Virus record (IMG/VR): IMGVR_UViG_3300020045_014475
Location: 1 to 26,809 of that record
Source: a virus
Lineage: Duplodnaviria; Caudoviricetes
Reading direction: 5' to 3' (one strand)
DNA length: 26,809 nt
The position numbers and the translations under genes were made by a program. Position 1 is the first letter of the stretch. Each line of letters opens with the position of its first letter. The notes beneath the pieces were generated by a model. It searched no databases, had not been told where the DNA came from, and saw nothing but the letters and a program-made list of their open reading frames with translations. Positions 26,590 to 26,809 of the stretch are shown here, piece after piece.

Positions 26590-26809
26590 ATGAGCAACCC
26601 AACCGTAAGCTTTCGCATCTCCGATTATCAACTCGCCCGTGGATTAAGAGCGGTCAGGCAACTAGAGCCGGCTTGGCAAATGACCACGCCCGCCAACCTG
26701 ATAAAAACCATCTTCATTGACTACATAGCAAAGTCAGAACACTTCAACAAAACTGACCTAATCGTCAGCGAGGAGTTATTGCAAGAAATAGCTTTTTCTC
26801 GATCAAATC
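26590..26809 (+). CDS. Possible ribbon-helix-helix DNA-binding protein, 5' part (runs off the right edge)
   Basis: AAAGGAG RBS. MSNPTVSFRISDYQLARGLRAVRQL...PANLIKTIFIDYI: alternating beta strand followed by two helices. Confidence 0.55.
   Translation, partial: MSNPTVSFRISDYQLARGLRAVRQLEPAWQMTTPANLIKTIFIDYIAKSEHFNKTDLIVSEELLQEIAFSRSN

Overview
The window is bacteriophage (Caudoviricetes) DNA, AT-rich overall and read with the standard genetic code. About 23.9 kb is one leftward (minus-strand) morphogenesis operon. In order it carries: small terminase, large terminase, portal, a GroES co-chaperonin, scaffold, a decoration-type protein, major capsid protein, a block of head-fibre/accessory genes (including a GC-rich imported cassette), a lysis-like cluster (lipoprotein, holin-like protein, phospholipase A2-like protein, no recognisable endolysin), head-tail adaptor, nozzle-like and fibre genes, and probable ejection proteins, the last of which runs off the left edge. 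No tail tube, sheath or tape-measure gene is recognisable, which suggests a podovirus-like virion. To the right are divergent sigma70-type promoters, small rightward early-type genes, and a ~550 bp non-coding array of phased GYAAAC/GTTTRC repeats with IHF-type sites around an AT-rich core (origin- or packaging-site-like). A GTTC-N6-GAAC palindrome recurs in three separate intergenic regions. All product calls come from motif recognition and gene order only; no searches were run.
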